Assembly: GCA_951406725.2 (NCBI GenBank)
Contig: OX597824.1
Span: 248,001 to 312,000, forward strand
DNA from: Octopus vulgaris
Taxonomy: Eukaryota
Reading direction: 5' to 3'
Length of the DNA: 64,000 bases
Shown piece by piece: positions 49,829 to 63,155 of the stretch. Numbering within the stretch: position 1 is the first letter of the stretch; each line of letters starts with the position of its first letter. The translations under genes were made by a program, and so were the position numbers. A model generated the notes under the pieces. It was not told the origin of the DNA. It saw only the letters and a program-made list of their open reading frames with translations, and searched no databases.

Positions 49829-51202
49829 GTAAGTTATTCACTTCTTTTGTTATTGTTTTTTTTTTTTTTTCAATATTAAATCATTCTTTAGTGAGATACC
49901 AAAACAATCTAAAAGCCAAGCATCAAAACTCCATCTGTCTACTAGATAGTTCTCTGTTTGCCAATACATTAAGTCCTGTGTGCCCATCATATCCTATTGA
50001 ACTAGTCTGTATGGGGTCACTTAACTTGCGAGGAAATATGAACCAAATTTCCCTTAAATTGCTCCCTTCTGATTTAAAGAAAGACATATAACATTGACGT
50101 CCTGCATACTCGCAAACAACTTGTAATTAGTATTCTTGTAATTAGTGTTGGCCTTTCAACCTTGTACTGCCATCCACATTAGGTCTGCTTTGCATGATTT
50201 TGTTTAAATTTTTAACTCTTTGCCTCTCCTCTGTATGACTTGTTTCTCTCTGATGTCCATACATTATATACACATTCCCAACTGTTTTTCAACCCCAAGA
50301 TTTAGGAAAAGAAAGCTTTTGATATCTGGGGAGGTAGAGGTGAGTGGGTCCTAATGACCTTTTATACGATGATAACACTAAATGGTTTAGCCTCTTTCTA
50401 ATCTGTCAAAAAGGCTCTGACCCCTAATTTTACATTGATACTAAATACTTATGTATCTGACTTCATATAAAGTTGGAACTTGGTAGAAACTTTTGAGTGT
50501 CAGCTAGAATACTGTGTCCAATGTGAAGACACATGGAGACACACATATAAGATCACACACACACAGTGCCACTGTACACTTTCTGTCGACCAAATGTTTC
50601 TCGCAAGGCATTGATCAACTTTAGGATATTGTTGAAAACGTTCAAGGTGTCACCTAACAGGATTCAAGTCAAAACCATATGGTAAGGGGAATGAAAGAAG
50701 TCAGCTCCTTAATAACACATACCTCATTAGTAAATATGTCCCCTAAATGACTAGGAATGTTATTTAGCTCTGTAATGGAAACTATGTGGAAGCCTGTGAG
50801 ATGAATTGTATGTACCTGTGTTCAGAGACCCACCCTTGTCATGCTCTGTGCCTAAGAGGTACATATAACTGTGGAATATTCAGCCAATCCAATTATATGC
50901 TAATTTAGTGAATGAATGAAGATTTCTGACCAAGATCCATTTGTGTTCCTGTAACTTAGCAGTCTGGAAAAAAAGACTGATAGAATAAGTAACAAGCTTT
51001 AAAAAAAATTAATAAGTTCTGGGGTTGATTCATTCAACTAATAACATTTTAATGACAGAAACAAGTAAAAAGGTAAAAGTTTTATGTAGAGGAAAATTTG
51101 AAAAAGAGATTGTTTGTGTCTGACTTAACAGACAGCTCTGAATTATACAATGCAGAGTTTATAAAAGAAAATCATTAAAAGGCCATACTGAGGGATATCA
51201 CG

Positions 51203-51261
51203 TTAAGACCCTGAAGAGATTGCACTGTTTTAGGGGTGCAATTGAAATGTGTTGGTCTTAA
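51203..51261 (+). ncRNA. Minimal type-I hammerhead (CUGAAGA and GAAA intact, CpG-decayed helices)
   Basis: ttaagacc-CTGAAGA-gattgcac-tgttttaggg-gtgcaatt-GAAA-tgtg-TT-ggtcttaa; 8-bp helix I and 8-bp helix II. Confidence 0.75.
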
Positions 51262-52244
51262 AAGGCAGAATATAATTATAGAATTAAAGGTAATACTATT
51301 GCTACTTTGGGAATAATCCTTATTTTTAATATTGTCAAAGCACATCCTTCAACCATTGGGCTTCACGGAGGCAATGACAAGCAACCGAAACCTTTGGAGA
51401 TACACTTTGCTTGAGAAGACCCAGTAAGCCAAGTGAGACCGTAACCATGGCCTATGCCAGTGTAACATAACCGGCCCATTTAAGAGTACCCTTCAATCAT
51501 TGGACAATAAATTGTGCTTGAGAAGACCTGTTGAGGCGAGTGAAATCATTGTCATGATCAATGCCAGTACCTCATGGGTGGCACCTGTACCAGTAGAATG
51601 TAAAATGTAAAATGCACCATTTGAGTGTGGTCGATGCCAGTTCCACCTGACTGGTCCTGTGCCAGTGGCACCTAAAAAAGCACTATTTAAGTGTGGCTGT
51701 TGCTAGGGATGCCTGACTGGCCCTCGTGCCAGTGACATGTAAAAAGCACCCACTACACTCTCTGAGTGGTTGGCGTTAAGGGAATCCAGCTGTAGAAAAC
51801 TTGCCAGATCAGATTGGAGCCTGGTGTAGCCTCCTGGCTTGCCAGTACTCAGTCAACCATCCAACCCATGCCAGCATGGAAAACAGACGTTAAATGATAA
51901 TGATATATATGATAAGCTTCTTTCAGTTTCTACCAGCCAGATCTCTTCACAATGCTTTGGTCATCTCAGGATTATAATAGAAAACATTTGCCCAAGTTGT
52001 CACACACACAGGGGCTGAATCCAAAACGGCATGATTGAGAAGTGACCCTCAAAACCACACAGCCATGCCTGTGCCTAGTTATCTTTTTTTTTTTTTCCAT
52101 TTAATTTCCATTTATTTATTTTTTGCCTGCTCATCCACTGTAGATAAGTTTTCAGATTGATTTTGAATCTTCTTACTAGAATTAAGAAATAATTGTTGGA
52201 CTATTCCATTTGACTGACAGTTCTTTGCTTTTATTGTCTTTCAG

Positions 52245-52424
52245 GAGAATCAACTGAAAGAGATCATTGAGAGGGCACGAGAAATGGAAGAGGTGTATGG
52301 CCATTATTTTGACCACATAATCGTGAACAGTAATCAGTCGAGGACATACGATGAACTTTTGATGGAGATAAACCGTCTTGAAGTAGAGCCACAGTGGGTT
52401 CCTATATCTTGGCTTGATGGATAA
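52245..52424 (+). CDS. PALS1: PALS1 terminal coding exon J (GUK end, stop)
   Basis: ttcag|GAG...TAA, 180 nt; [28 protein letters not shown]...[15 protein letters not shown]; the PQWVP..W C-terminus is typical of MPP proteins. Confidence 0.96.
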   Translation, partial: ENQLKEIIERAREMEEVYGHYFDHIIVNSNQSRTYDELLMEINRLEVEPQWVPISWLDG

Positions 52425-52612
52425 TCCTTGACTCTAAATCCAGTGTGTGAGTACATCGTTTGTGTGGGTAGATGTGAGGGTATGCATGGTTAAGTATGTT
52501 GGAGGATGTGTGTGTGTGTGTGACTGTCTTGTATACACTTGATGTATAAAACACATGTATGCATGTATGTGTATATGTGCATATCTGTACAAGTTCATCT
52601 ATGTATGTGTAC

Positions 52613-52664
<52 letters not shown>

Positions 52665-52708
52665 ATAGTATACATGTATATATTATATATACACACACAC
52701 ATGTGCAT

Positions 52709-52714
52709 AATAAA
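52709..52714 (+). promoter_or_regulatory. Candidate polyadenylation signal (AATAAA ~285 nt after the stop)
   Basis: AATAAA hexamer only; sequence is AT-rich and the real 3' UTR may be much longer. Confidence 0.2.
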
Positions 52715-53143
52715 TACATAGATTATATATTCATGGTGATGTAAGCGTTACACATATTTGAGTATAAGCTGCATTTGTTTTTCTTTTTACTTTTTTAAAC
52801 AAATATTCAGTCAAAATTTTTTGGTGCATATTATTCGAATATCCTGCATTTTATTCTTCCTGAACTATGAACATAGGAGTGCACCATTGCACATACTTAA
52901 TTACAGCTTATATTCAAAGACACCCATAATATATATATATATATATATATGTGTGTAGACACACACAAAAGTGTTATCCAAGAGTGACAAGGCATTTTTC
53001 TAAATTCATTTTATTCTCAGCCATTCAACTTTGTATTCAAAAAATGTTTTTTAAAATGACTTTCATCCTAAAACTGTGTTTAAAAACATTTACATTTATT
53101 ATCATATACAATTATCTATTCAAATTTTAAATGTTTTGTTAAT

Positions 53144-53174
<31 letters not shown>

Positions 53175-53374
53175 GCTTACATATAAATTATATATACACA
53201 CACACATACACATTGGCCTGCTTGCCTAGCCAGCAAGTGGGTGGTATTGTTCAAAAGTTAAAATGATGCAAAGCACATTGAGACCAGTGATGTATAACTG
53301 CATCTGATTGCCTCCTCAATCACATGATACATGTATATGCATATGAAATTTTTTATATATACATATATAAACAT

Positions 53375-53437
<63 letters not shown>

Positions 53438-53503
53438 TGCATGCATATAAAAGTTTTCAGATACACACACATGGTCATATATATATATATATATGTAAAT
53501 CTA

Positions 53504-53551
<48 letters not shown>

Positions 53552-53578
53552 TGTATATATATATATATAATGTAAATC

Positions 53579-53610
<32 letters not shown>

Positions 53611-55037
53611 CATACACAGACAGACATAATATATTCACATACATATTTACTATTGCATATCAATAGTGTGTTTTTCTTTTTCTTTTCTCTCTAAGGGTTG
53701 GTACTCATTTTCTATTTGAAATGTTTCGCATTTCTATTATTTCCCACAATAATGCTCATAACTATCTGTACTGGGTCGGGTGGTTGGGTAGAATTCTGTT
53801 TAGTTTCAAATCTATGACCCGATAGTTCAAACAGCTTGGGAGTTAAGAAAATAAATACAAATTTGCCCTTGGAAAACTTATAACCTCCCTACATACTCTT
53901 AAAAGTTTCAGTTATTCATATTAGTGTGATCAAGGAAAGAGCTATCAATATGGCAGTAAGTTCATTGATCTATTGAGTCTCTACCCTGCCCCACCCCTAA
54001 TCATTTCTCATTTAGAATTACTTTGTTGAAGTCTTATGACAACATTGCTAAAATACTTTGTGAAAAGCTTTCACATCTGCCTTTCCCCATTTATCTCCCT
54101 TTGAAAAACTGATCGCCTCAGTTTATGTGATAAAACAATATCAACATTATGTGAGAGCAAGCCTCATAGATGAGCTCCTGTTGTGCTGACCATGGAATAG
54201 CTTGGGTTTTGGCTGCTCCCTGTGCAGCAGCCAAACTGGATACCTACCTTTTGGCGTATATAAACAGGCAGCTTTGTGCAGCCTGCACACTTCATATGAT
54301 TCCAATGTGTACTGAGATTTTGATCCATTTTTTGTTTTATTTTGTTTTACCTTTTTTTTTTTCATTCCTGGCTCATACCTGTACACTTCATTTCTGTTGA
54401 TTAAAGTTCTTGGGAAATAACAGTCATTTCTGTCTCTCTGCTTCTATTATACTTAGGAAATCGTTATCAAGTATGCAAAGATACGTTGTTTTTCTTCTAT
54501 TTAGTGCATGTTACCTTTCCAAGCTTGATACAACCTAGGCATCGACATGCAATCCACACATTTCATACCAATTCTACATTGATTCCATGAACAGAATCTT
54601 TGAAATCATCTTTCAAAGATGTCATACCAATTTCTTTCAACAGCCAAAAATACACTCATTGTTTGTATTAAGAAAACATTATCCCACCTCAACTTCTCTA
54701 AGCATCAACAACACAACTGGTTCAGAGGGTTCCAACTGCCAGGTTTCACCATTATTGTGGATCTTTCCCGAGGAATTCATATTTTCCACATAGCAAAAGC
54801 TGGCATTCCACTTCAGTGACCCAACTTAATACACATGCACACACACATGCGCGTGTGTGCTTATATAACAAAACAAGGAAGTGGCTATTTTTTGGTATTA
54901 TTTAGTCTCCATTACACATGTTTCATTTGCTAATAGGAATCACAAAGGTTTACATGTTAGATGGAGGGTGTAAGGAATTTCCTATTAGAAGATCATCAGA
55001 CAGCTGGGATTTTACCCTGACTACCTATATAATATTT

Positions 55038-55200
55038 AGGTGCAGGAGTGGCTGTGTGGTAAGTAACTTGCTTGCCAACCATATGGTTCCAGGTTCAGTC
55101 CCACTGCATGGCACCTTGGGCAAGTGTCTTCTACTATAGCCTTGGGCCAACCAAAGCCTTGTGAGTGGATTAGGTAGAGGGAATCTGAAAGAAGCCCATC
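55038..55200 (+). mobile_element. tRNA-derived SINE; other copies near 950-1095, 8030-8165, 9530-9680, 24735-24885, 36135-36290, 39775-39910, 44520-44695
   Basis: A-box TGGCTGTGTGG, B-box GGTTCAGTCCC, core CACCTTGGGCAAGTGTCTT, microsatellite tail. Confidence 0.8.
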
Positions 55201-55201
55201 A

Positions 55202-55244
<43 letters not shown>

Positions 55245-55249
<5 letters not shown>

Positions 55250-55492
55250 AAAGGAAATGAAGAAAATGCTGACAAATAATTGAAGTAATTTAAGTAATTT
55301 AATTAGGTGAAAGTTCTTTTTACCGGTTGCGCATTTGTTATGCTTATCAACATATAAGAGACAGACTCTAATCTCTCTTTTATATTTTGATAAGCATAAC
55401 AAATGCGCAACCGGTAAAAAGAACTTTCACCTAATTAAATTACTTAAATTACTTCAATTATTTGTCAGCATTTTCTTCATTTCCTTTTTTAT
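55245..55492. repeat. Perfect-looking foldback (106-bp arms, 36-bp spacer) downstream of the PALS1 stop
   Basis: 55245-55350 is the reverse complement of 55387-55492. Confidence 0.9.
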
Positions 55493-55528
55493 ATATCACC
55501 ACTCGTGTTCGACATCTCCTTTTTTTAA

Positions 55529-55560
<32 letters not shown>

Positions 55561-58500
55561 GTGTATGTGTATGTATGTATGTGTATATCTTTGTGTGTGT
55601 GTGTCCCAACATTGCTTGACAACTGATGCTGGTGTGTTTACATCCCCATAACTTAGCGGTTTGGCAAAAGAAACTGATAGAATAATTACTAGGCTTACAA
55701 AGAATAAGTCCTGGGGTCGATTTTCTCAACTAAAAGCAGTGCTCCAGAATGGCCACAATCAAAATGACTGAAACAAGTAAAAGAATATCTATATATATAT
55801 ATAATTAGGCTTGGGGACCAAAAAGTGAAGTATTGTGTGAGGTAGTACCATGAACGAGGTGGGGCTGCACTTGATCTGCTGAAAACAGTTGAGATCAGTA
55901 TTAAGCACCAAATCTAGAAACTTGGGTCAAAAGCCATGAAAGATGTTTTCTTTCACTGAAATGGTTTGACTCCAGGTATTTTTTATTTTGAATTGTTGAG
56001 AATGTTTCCTTATGGATGAAGTATCAACCTGTTCTTAATGTATTGGGGGATAATGCAGCCTTATTGGGGGGCAGAGAAGATTTTCTGATTAAGGGGTTAA
56101 GATGTATAATTCCATTCTTAATTGAGAGGGAGGTGGTATTCAGGTAAAGTAATAAGAGGTTAAATATCACTTCTTTATTGAGTAACAGGGACCAATTACT
56201 GACATTGAAAAAATACTCACCAGGCTAGTTTTTGGGTGGTAGAAGGGCCCCTTAGAGAAGGTTATTTCTATGGGTTAAATTGAAGCTGAAAACTGCTGGG
56301 GTTGTTGTCAATGAAAATCCATAGTATGATGAGGCTGCCTAGGTTTCCTGTGTTTCAATAGGTACACAACTTGCTGGTATTTGTCACCTCTCCAGATCTC
56401 AGTGGTTGACTGTGGGCTTCTTTGTAAGAGAGGCTACCATCCTTGATAGATTTTTTTCTCATCTTGCTGATCCCCCCCCCATCCAGTAAACTGGGTGAGG
56501 TTAGCAGTTTGGTTGCTGACCACCAGGCTATGAGACATGGGTGTTTGTTATCATATATTAATTAGGGTTACAGAGGTGATAGCACTTGATGTCAGGTGTA
56601 CATTTGGTTTACTACAATAGAAGTGGATCCTTACACACACACACACATACACTCAATGCAGTAAGTTTGTTTCATATAACAAAATTCATTCACAATTATT
56701 CTCTTTCTCTATCTGTATCACTCATATATACATGCATACATATATGTACATATATATGTGTAAAATCTCTCTCTCTCTCTCTCTCTTACACACACACATT
56801 ACATCATGCTTGGTAACTGATATAAAAGATATGAAATATGTTAGAGAAATAAATTCGTCATAAAAGATGCACTGTAAGTTAGCTTATTGTCCCAGCTTCC
56901 CCTGGTTTTGCTGTTTTGGTCTTCTAGCTCTGTATATCTTCACATGGTACAAAAATAAGAGAAATATTTTTAAAAGTTATTTTCTCTCTGACTTCCATCA
57001 AGGTGAATAACTTATCCTCAGGAGTTGTGAGATATTTCACTATAATTGTGATCTTAAAGTTACTGGGAAAAAGTATAAATTATTTGAAGTTGAGAGAAAA
57101 CAAAAGAAGTTAAAATTGGTGGTGGGGATGAATTAACCTCCATCAGTGGGAAGTGGGGATAATACAAATGGCCAAAAGGGAAGGTAGACTTAGGATTAAA
57201 ATGCAAATGTAAAATTAAATTAGATGAATGAAGGAAATCTGGAAAAGAGAAGAGCAGGAATCCTGAAGTGAAATATCAGTTGTCTGTATATATATGTAAT
57301 TGTAGTCAGCTAAGGCAGCATTTTCCAGTTGTGTAATGAGTGCTTTTCAAAATGTCTCCATTTCCTGAATATCTCTGATCTGGCATTTATCTAGAGGTTT
57401 TCTTTTGAAAGGCATTTTAGAATTCTCCTCCTGTACACAGGTCACACCTTTTACTTCCACTTTGGAAGTATATAGATCTTTCTAGGATTTTTCCATTTAT
57501 TATTCTAGTCTGAGTGTTTTCCAATAATTTCCAGATGCTCTCAGCTAATTTGATAGTGTTCTTTTTATCTCTCTTTAAGGATCCATCATTATAAGATTGT
57601 TGTTTAAATCATGCTAATGAAATAATATATTATTTCATTAATAATTAATTTCAGTAATATGTGCATCAATTTAAATATATCTGAAAATAATCTAAAAGAT
57701 ATATTTTCTTGTCTACCATAAAAATGTATTCTTCAAATGATAAACTTTGATCTTTCACAGATCAATGACATAAAAAGCATCAGAAGCTAAAAATATTTGT
57801 GGAAAATCATATCCCACGTCACAGAAATGCATTTACAAATCTGTCTAAAATCCCAAGAGAGAAACCAAACAAATATCCTAGTTTCCCCATCGTCCACTCT
57901 AGAGTTACTGGCACCTCAGGCAGGCTGAACACTGGTACCCTTACAAATAAAATTTTCTTGATTTTTCACAAAGAGGAAAAACTGAAAATGTATGAATTTC
58001 AGTAGGTTATTCTGCTGAAACTAAGCAGCTCTTGGTTGTGAGTTCTGTCAAGTATTGAGACGATCAAATGGTTTTAACATCCACAAGAAACAAGTGTAGA
58101 AATAAGTTGGAGTTATCCTGTTTGTGTGTGAGGCTGTCATAACTTGTTATCTTTACACCAGTGATGATGTATTCAAGTTGTGCCAACTGACTGGTGGAGA
58201 CCTGAGTTGACCAAGAATCAGTTTGGTTAAATATCCATAGTTTCATTTGGTCATACTTGAAAATCCAGTCGGAAAGGGACCCTTAGGGAGTAGGTACCTT
58301 ATCAGTTTAATTCTTTTCACCTCACGAATCACTATCGAAGATACGGCTTCTTACTTTTCCGCAACCTCATAACCAAACCTACTAATTTGTGACCTTTGAA
58401 GCTGCTATCCCAAACCGTAAGCTTTCAACTCATTTACAAGAATCAAGGTGCTTAGAAAGTAATACCCATTCTTGCTAAAAACAGGGTGACTATCTTTATA

Positions 58501-60960
58501 CTCCTCCTGGGCCACTGCCTTCCCTCTCACACATTTCACCCCCTCTTTCCCCTGTGCAATCTATTGAATCTTTTGTTGCTATATTTCAGTTGGGTTACAT
58601 TGATTTTGAAAATAATTAAGAATTTAGTAAAATAACTTTGTTATTAAGCCAATGTTTGCAACATAAATTAGCATGAAATTTTCAGTTATTTATATATCTG
58701 GATAATAGAGATTATATTTTATTAGTAAGGTGGACTTCATTGTAAATTTAAAGATTAGTATGTGTAATTGAATGTGGTTTTGTAAGGTGTACATATTGCC
58801 CGTCACTTTTGTTGTTTAAATAAGTCGTAACATAGTAGAAGTAATGGAAATTGTTTCTTGGAAAATGTTTGAATAATATACGTATACAAGTTTTAATTTA
58901 GATCATTTTAAAACAGAATGATTGTACCCATAAACCCAGAGGAAGTCTCCATTGGATTGGTGTTGAAAGGGCTTTAAATGAATTTGACCTTATGTAAAGA
59001 ATTTTGACATTTTGATTTCATTTTATTCATCATTTTCATTCCCTACCACTCCCGACTGTATTTGGAAGATGCCAAACATAATTAGTATATCTACTTTGCT
59101 CTTGGCAAGTTGGGCCACTACACAAGTTGATGGCATTGTCAGCCAGTTCTGCTCCAGACTTTTAAAACAGTTCCCTTCCTGATATTCACAAGTTTGTTTT
59201 CATGAAATGTTTCAGTTTTACCCAGTTTTGTAACAAAGTGTCTTGGAGTCTACACAAGACATTAATTCCCTCCTCCCCTTCATCACCTTGTAAATTGGTA
59301 ATACTTCTTATTTGCCAATGCAGACCCTCACTTGTTTCTGCATATTAAAGCTGTTGAGCAGGCATGAATATTGTATCATCTCATGAAGTTTTTTTAATTT
59401 AAATTTGAAGCTTTGCATCAGTTTCTCCTGTAGATACAGTGTCATTTGTTAATTTACAAAATCTGAAAAACTAACAATCTACAAATCCTGGGTCCGTTTG
59501 ATAAAAGATGTTATAATTTGTCTGTTTTTTCTCACAACACAACTATTTTTTGAAATGTCTTTAGTGAGATCTTTCAAAGACAGCTTATACTCACCATTGT
59601 GAAGTAAACTCTAATCAGTGAACCGTTTTTCATTCATTCACATCATGACTTCTTTTGTGAAATGTGTTCACAACTTTCATCTCAAAACTCTCAGTTTTAT
59701 AGGGTTACGTATACATTTGTTGAGGAAAAAAAAATGAGACCGAATGAACTACACATTTGATTTTGAATATCAATTGACATGATTAGTGTATAATTATATC
59801 ATCTTAATTGTTTTGGAAAATGTAATATTTAAGGAAGTGACCTCTAGATCAGAAATTTCCTAACCTTGTGTCATTGTCTCCCATTTTTGCAAATCCTTAG
59901 ACCACCACAGCCCTATTGTTTTGTTTTTTCGGGGATTTTTTTCTTTTGATATTCCAATGGGCTCACTTAACATTGATGCTTTTTCTAAGAGAAACATTCT
60001 TCAGTTTTTTACAGTAAATGTTGTGTTGTGGCCCTAATGCTTATGATTTATTTAAGGACATTTTGCATTTTTTAAAAATAAAATATTTATTTCAAAAACA
60101 AAAGATTTTGTCATTATAACCTGTTCAGAAATTATATGGTGACCCAAGGTCAGGAACTGCTGGTCTAGATAAACTCTCAAGGTTTAACATGGAAACTATT
60201 TTTGTTTCTCTTTATTGAAAGATTTTTTTCTTCTTAAAAAAAAATACTTTTGGTAAAATCTTTACATTTGTTGATTTTTATCAAAATGAAGCCTACTATT
60301 TTTCTCTTTAAATAATTGTTTTCTCTAAAATTCTACAGGACCCTTTCTCACATTCTAGACAACATATCAATGCTCAACTGATTTTATTTAGAATGCATAC
60401 AACTTGTTTAGCCTTTTGTTACTAGGTTTCTGCAGAAATCCATTAACTTCGAAAATAATGAAGAATTTAAAAAAATAATTTGGTATTTAGAACATAAATG
60501 GAAATAACATTTTTACGGAAGGTTTTAGTTTAAATATTTCTATAACAAAAAGTTTGTACCATAGAACAAAAGTGGTCGGAGGCAGGTTGATATCAAATGG
60601 CTTAATTTTATTTTAGGAATCCATCTTCATATTCATTGACTCTCACATCACTAGAACTGGATATCCAGAGCAAGGAGGAATCTTCTCTAGCCTTAGTTGA
60701 TCGGTTAGAAATCATGAATATTTTTGAAAAATGTGTTCACAGTTTTCATCTGAAATCTCTGTTTTATAGGATAACTTCTACATTTGTTGAGAAAAAACAA
60801 AATCGAGAAACTTATTGAACAACACATTTATGATTTTGAATATTGACACAGTTAGTGTATAATTATGCTATCTTAATTGTTTGGAAATTTAATACTTAAG
60901 GAGGTGACCCCCCTTCAATTCTTCAAGTTGAGTATATTTAACCCTTGATCTACTGTCTGT

Positions 60961-61330
60961 AGTGGAGGTGCAATGATCCAGTGGTTAGGCAGTGGATTTG
61001 CAATCATAGGATTGCAGTTTCGATTCCCAGAGTGTTATTGAGCGAAAACACCTAAAGCTCCATAAGGCTCCGGTAAGGGGTTGTGGTAAACCCTGCTCTA
61101 CTCTTTCACCACAACTTTCTCTCTTTCTTCCTGTTTCTGTTGTCACTATAACTGTTTTTCAAAGGGCCAGCCTTGACATACTCTGTCATGCTGAATCTCC
61201 CCAAGAACTACATTAAGAGTACACATGTCTGTGGAGCGCTCAGCCACTTACATATTAATTTCACAAGCAGGCTGTTCCGTTGATCGGATCAACTGGAACC
61301 CTCATCATCGTAACCAACAAAGCGCCACAA
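60961..61330 (+). mobile_element. Second tRNA-derived SINE family (related copy near 11465-11765)
   Basis: A/B-box-like head (CAGTGGTTAGG..GTTTCGATTCCC) and shared tail GCTGAATCTCCC..AAGAAC..TTAAG..GTCTGTGGA..GATCAACTGGAAC. Confidence 0.65.
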
Positions 61331-61528
61331 CTGTCTCTATCTGTCTACATATATAAAAATATATATATGTGTGTATGTATATATCTGAATTTTCACTTAA
61401 TTATCAGAAGTTGCAAAGTGAGTCAAGGGCTGAGAGTCAGTTTGTATTACTTTTGGTGATTAGAAATGAAAAATAACATATTACTCATGTTTTGAGTTCT
61501 ATGTCTCTTGTTTGTTCAAGCAAACATC

Positions 61529-61560
<32 letters not shown>

Positions 61561-63082
61561 GGTATGCACATATGTACATATGCATGCACATGGTGTGTGT
61601 GTGTGTGTATATATATACATATATATATGTACACAGATATGTGCATACATACATATATATATCTATGTATATACACACATACATGTTTGTGTGCCTGGAT
61701 ATATGTGTGTGTGTTTGTATGTATGAACTGGATACGTTTGATCATAAGTCTGCTCAGTCAAGGCTGACTTGGGGTTAAACAACAAGACATTGAGAAACCA
61801 TCTTTATCGCATTATAATTGTGTGTGTTTTGTGTATCGTTCCCCAGAAAGTGAAATTTTTCTGTTGGCTACAATTATTTGAAAGTTAGTCTTGCATAAAA
61901 TGTTGGTTGTGTATACCACAGTGGAGGAAAGTAAAAAAAAGAAAGAAAGAAAAGAAAACATTTAAATATCAAAATACAATAATTATATTTTTTTACTCAA
62001 TCTATACTTTTTACTAATTGAGCTGGAAAGCGCACTGAATTTGTTGGTTTGTTTTAGTACTTGAGGAAATATGTAAAGAAAGAATTGATGTATATATTTT
62101 GTCTTGTGTCCTATTGTCACTCATAGAATTATGTATTCTTATATTAAAAGTTACCTAAAAAGTTTTCTTGATCCTTTACATTTTTGTGTTAAATGATCGT
62201 TTTTTTTTTCCCCTTTTCATTTGTATTAGATGTGACCCATAATAATCTTTACATGCATTTATGTTTCTTAAAACAAAAAAAGATGTCAAATTATAATTGT
62301 TGTAAAGAAAAAAAAAGAAAAGAAAAATCAAACAAAAAGAAAACAACCCCTATCTGATGATCATATAATTATCAATTAAATTGCTTTAACAATAATTAAT
62401 GTATTTGAAATTTTTGCAGTTCTGAAACTGTTTTCTAATTGAAATTCAGACATTTTCCTTTTCAATACATTTTGTCTTCCAAAGTAAAAATTTTCTTCAT
62501 TGATATTTCAACCGTTTCTATTTCAAATATTTGTCACACTGTGAGGCCCAGTTTGCTCTTAATTTTTTTTTTATTCCACCGACTGCCTGTTTTTTTTTTT
62601 TTCTTGTTAATCTCTGTCTCTCTCTCACATTATCTTTGGGAAATATTGTTCCCTACCCTGATGTTTTTATATAATGCCCACAACCATCAACACAACAGTT
62701 CCATTCTTGTCACTGAAGCAAAGAAACTTGTCTACACATTGTCTCTCGTTTGCATAATCTTTAATCTATACAACAGATTAAAGATCATTTTGTCTCAATC
62801 AGGTGCAACATCATGTGATCATTTCTTTCAAAGTATTTTCTTAGAATATTTACCATCATTAAGTGCCTGGGAGAGATACTTAATGAAACTTAGTGAAAAG
62901 ACAAAAAAGGTGGGAGTGGGGGAGGGGTTAAGAAGTTAATTAACAAGGGGGTTCTTTTGTTGGAGAACATATTGAAGAGAGTATTTCCCCATTGAATATG
63001 AATATAATCATCTCTCAATTAGTTGGCTTCATTAGAAAATGCAGTATTAATTAGTAAAGTGGAGATGGCAATATATACACAC

Positions 63083-63155
<73 letters not shown>

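Noticed and set aside
52402-53694. [14 protein letters not shown] ORFs here and elsewhere
   Set aside because: Translations of (TA)n and (CA)n microsatellites.
55038-55110. tRNA gene
   Set aside because: A and B boxes are present, but there is no complete cloverleaf and it continues into SINE body; many decayed copies exist.
54440-58260. Possible neighbouring gene downstream of PALS1
   Set aside because: Only faint, heavily decayed LINE-like RT and endonuclease traces; no consistent exons could be supported.
62439-62939. 166-aa ORF
   Set aside because: Non-ATG start, low-complexity T-rich composition and no recognisable domain.
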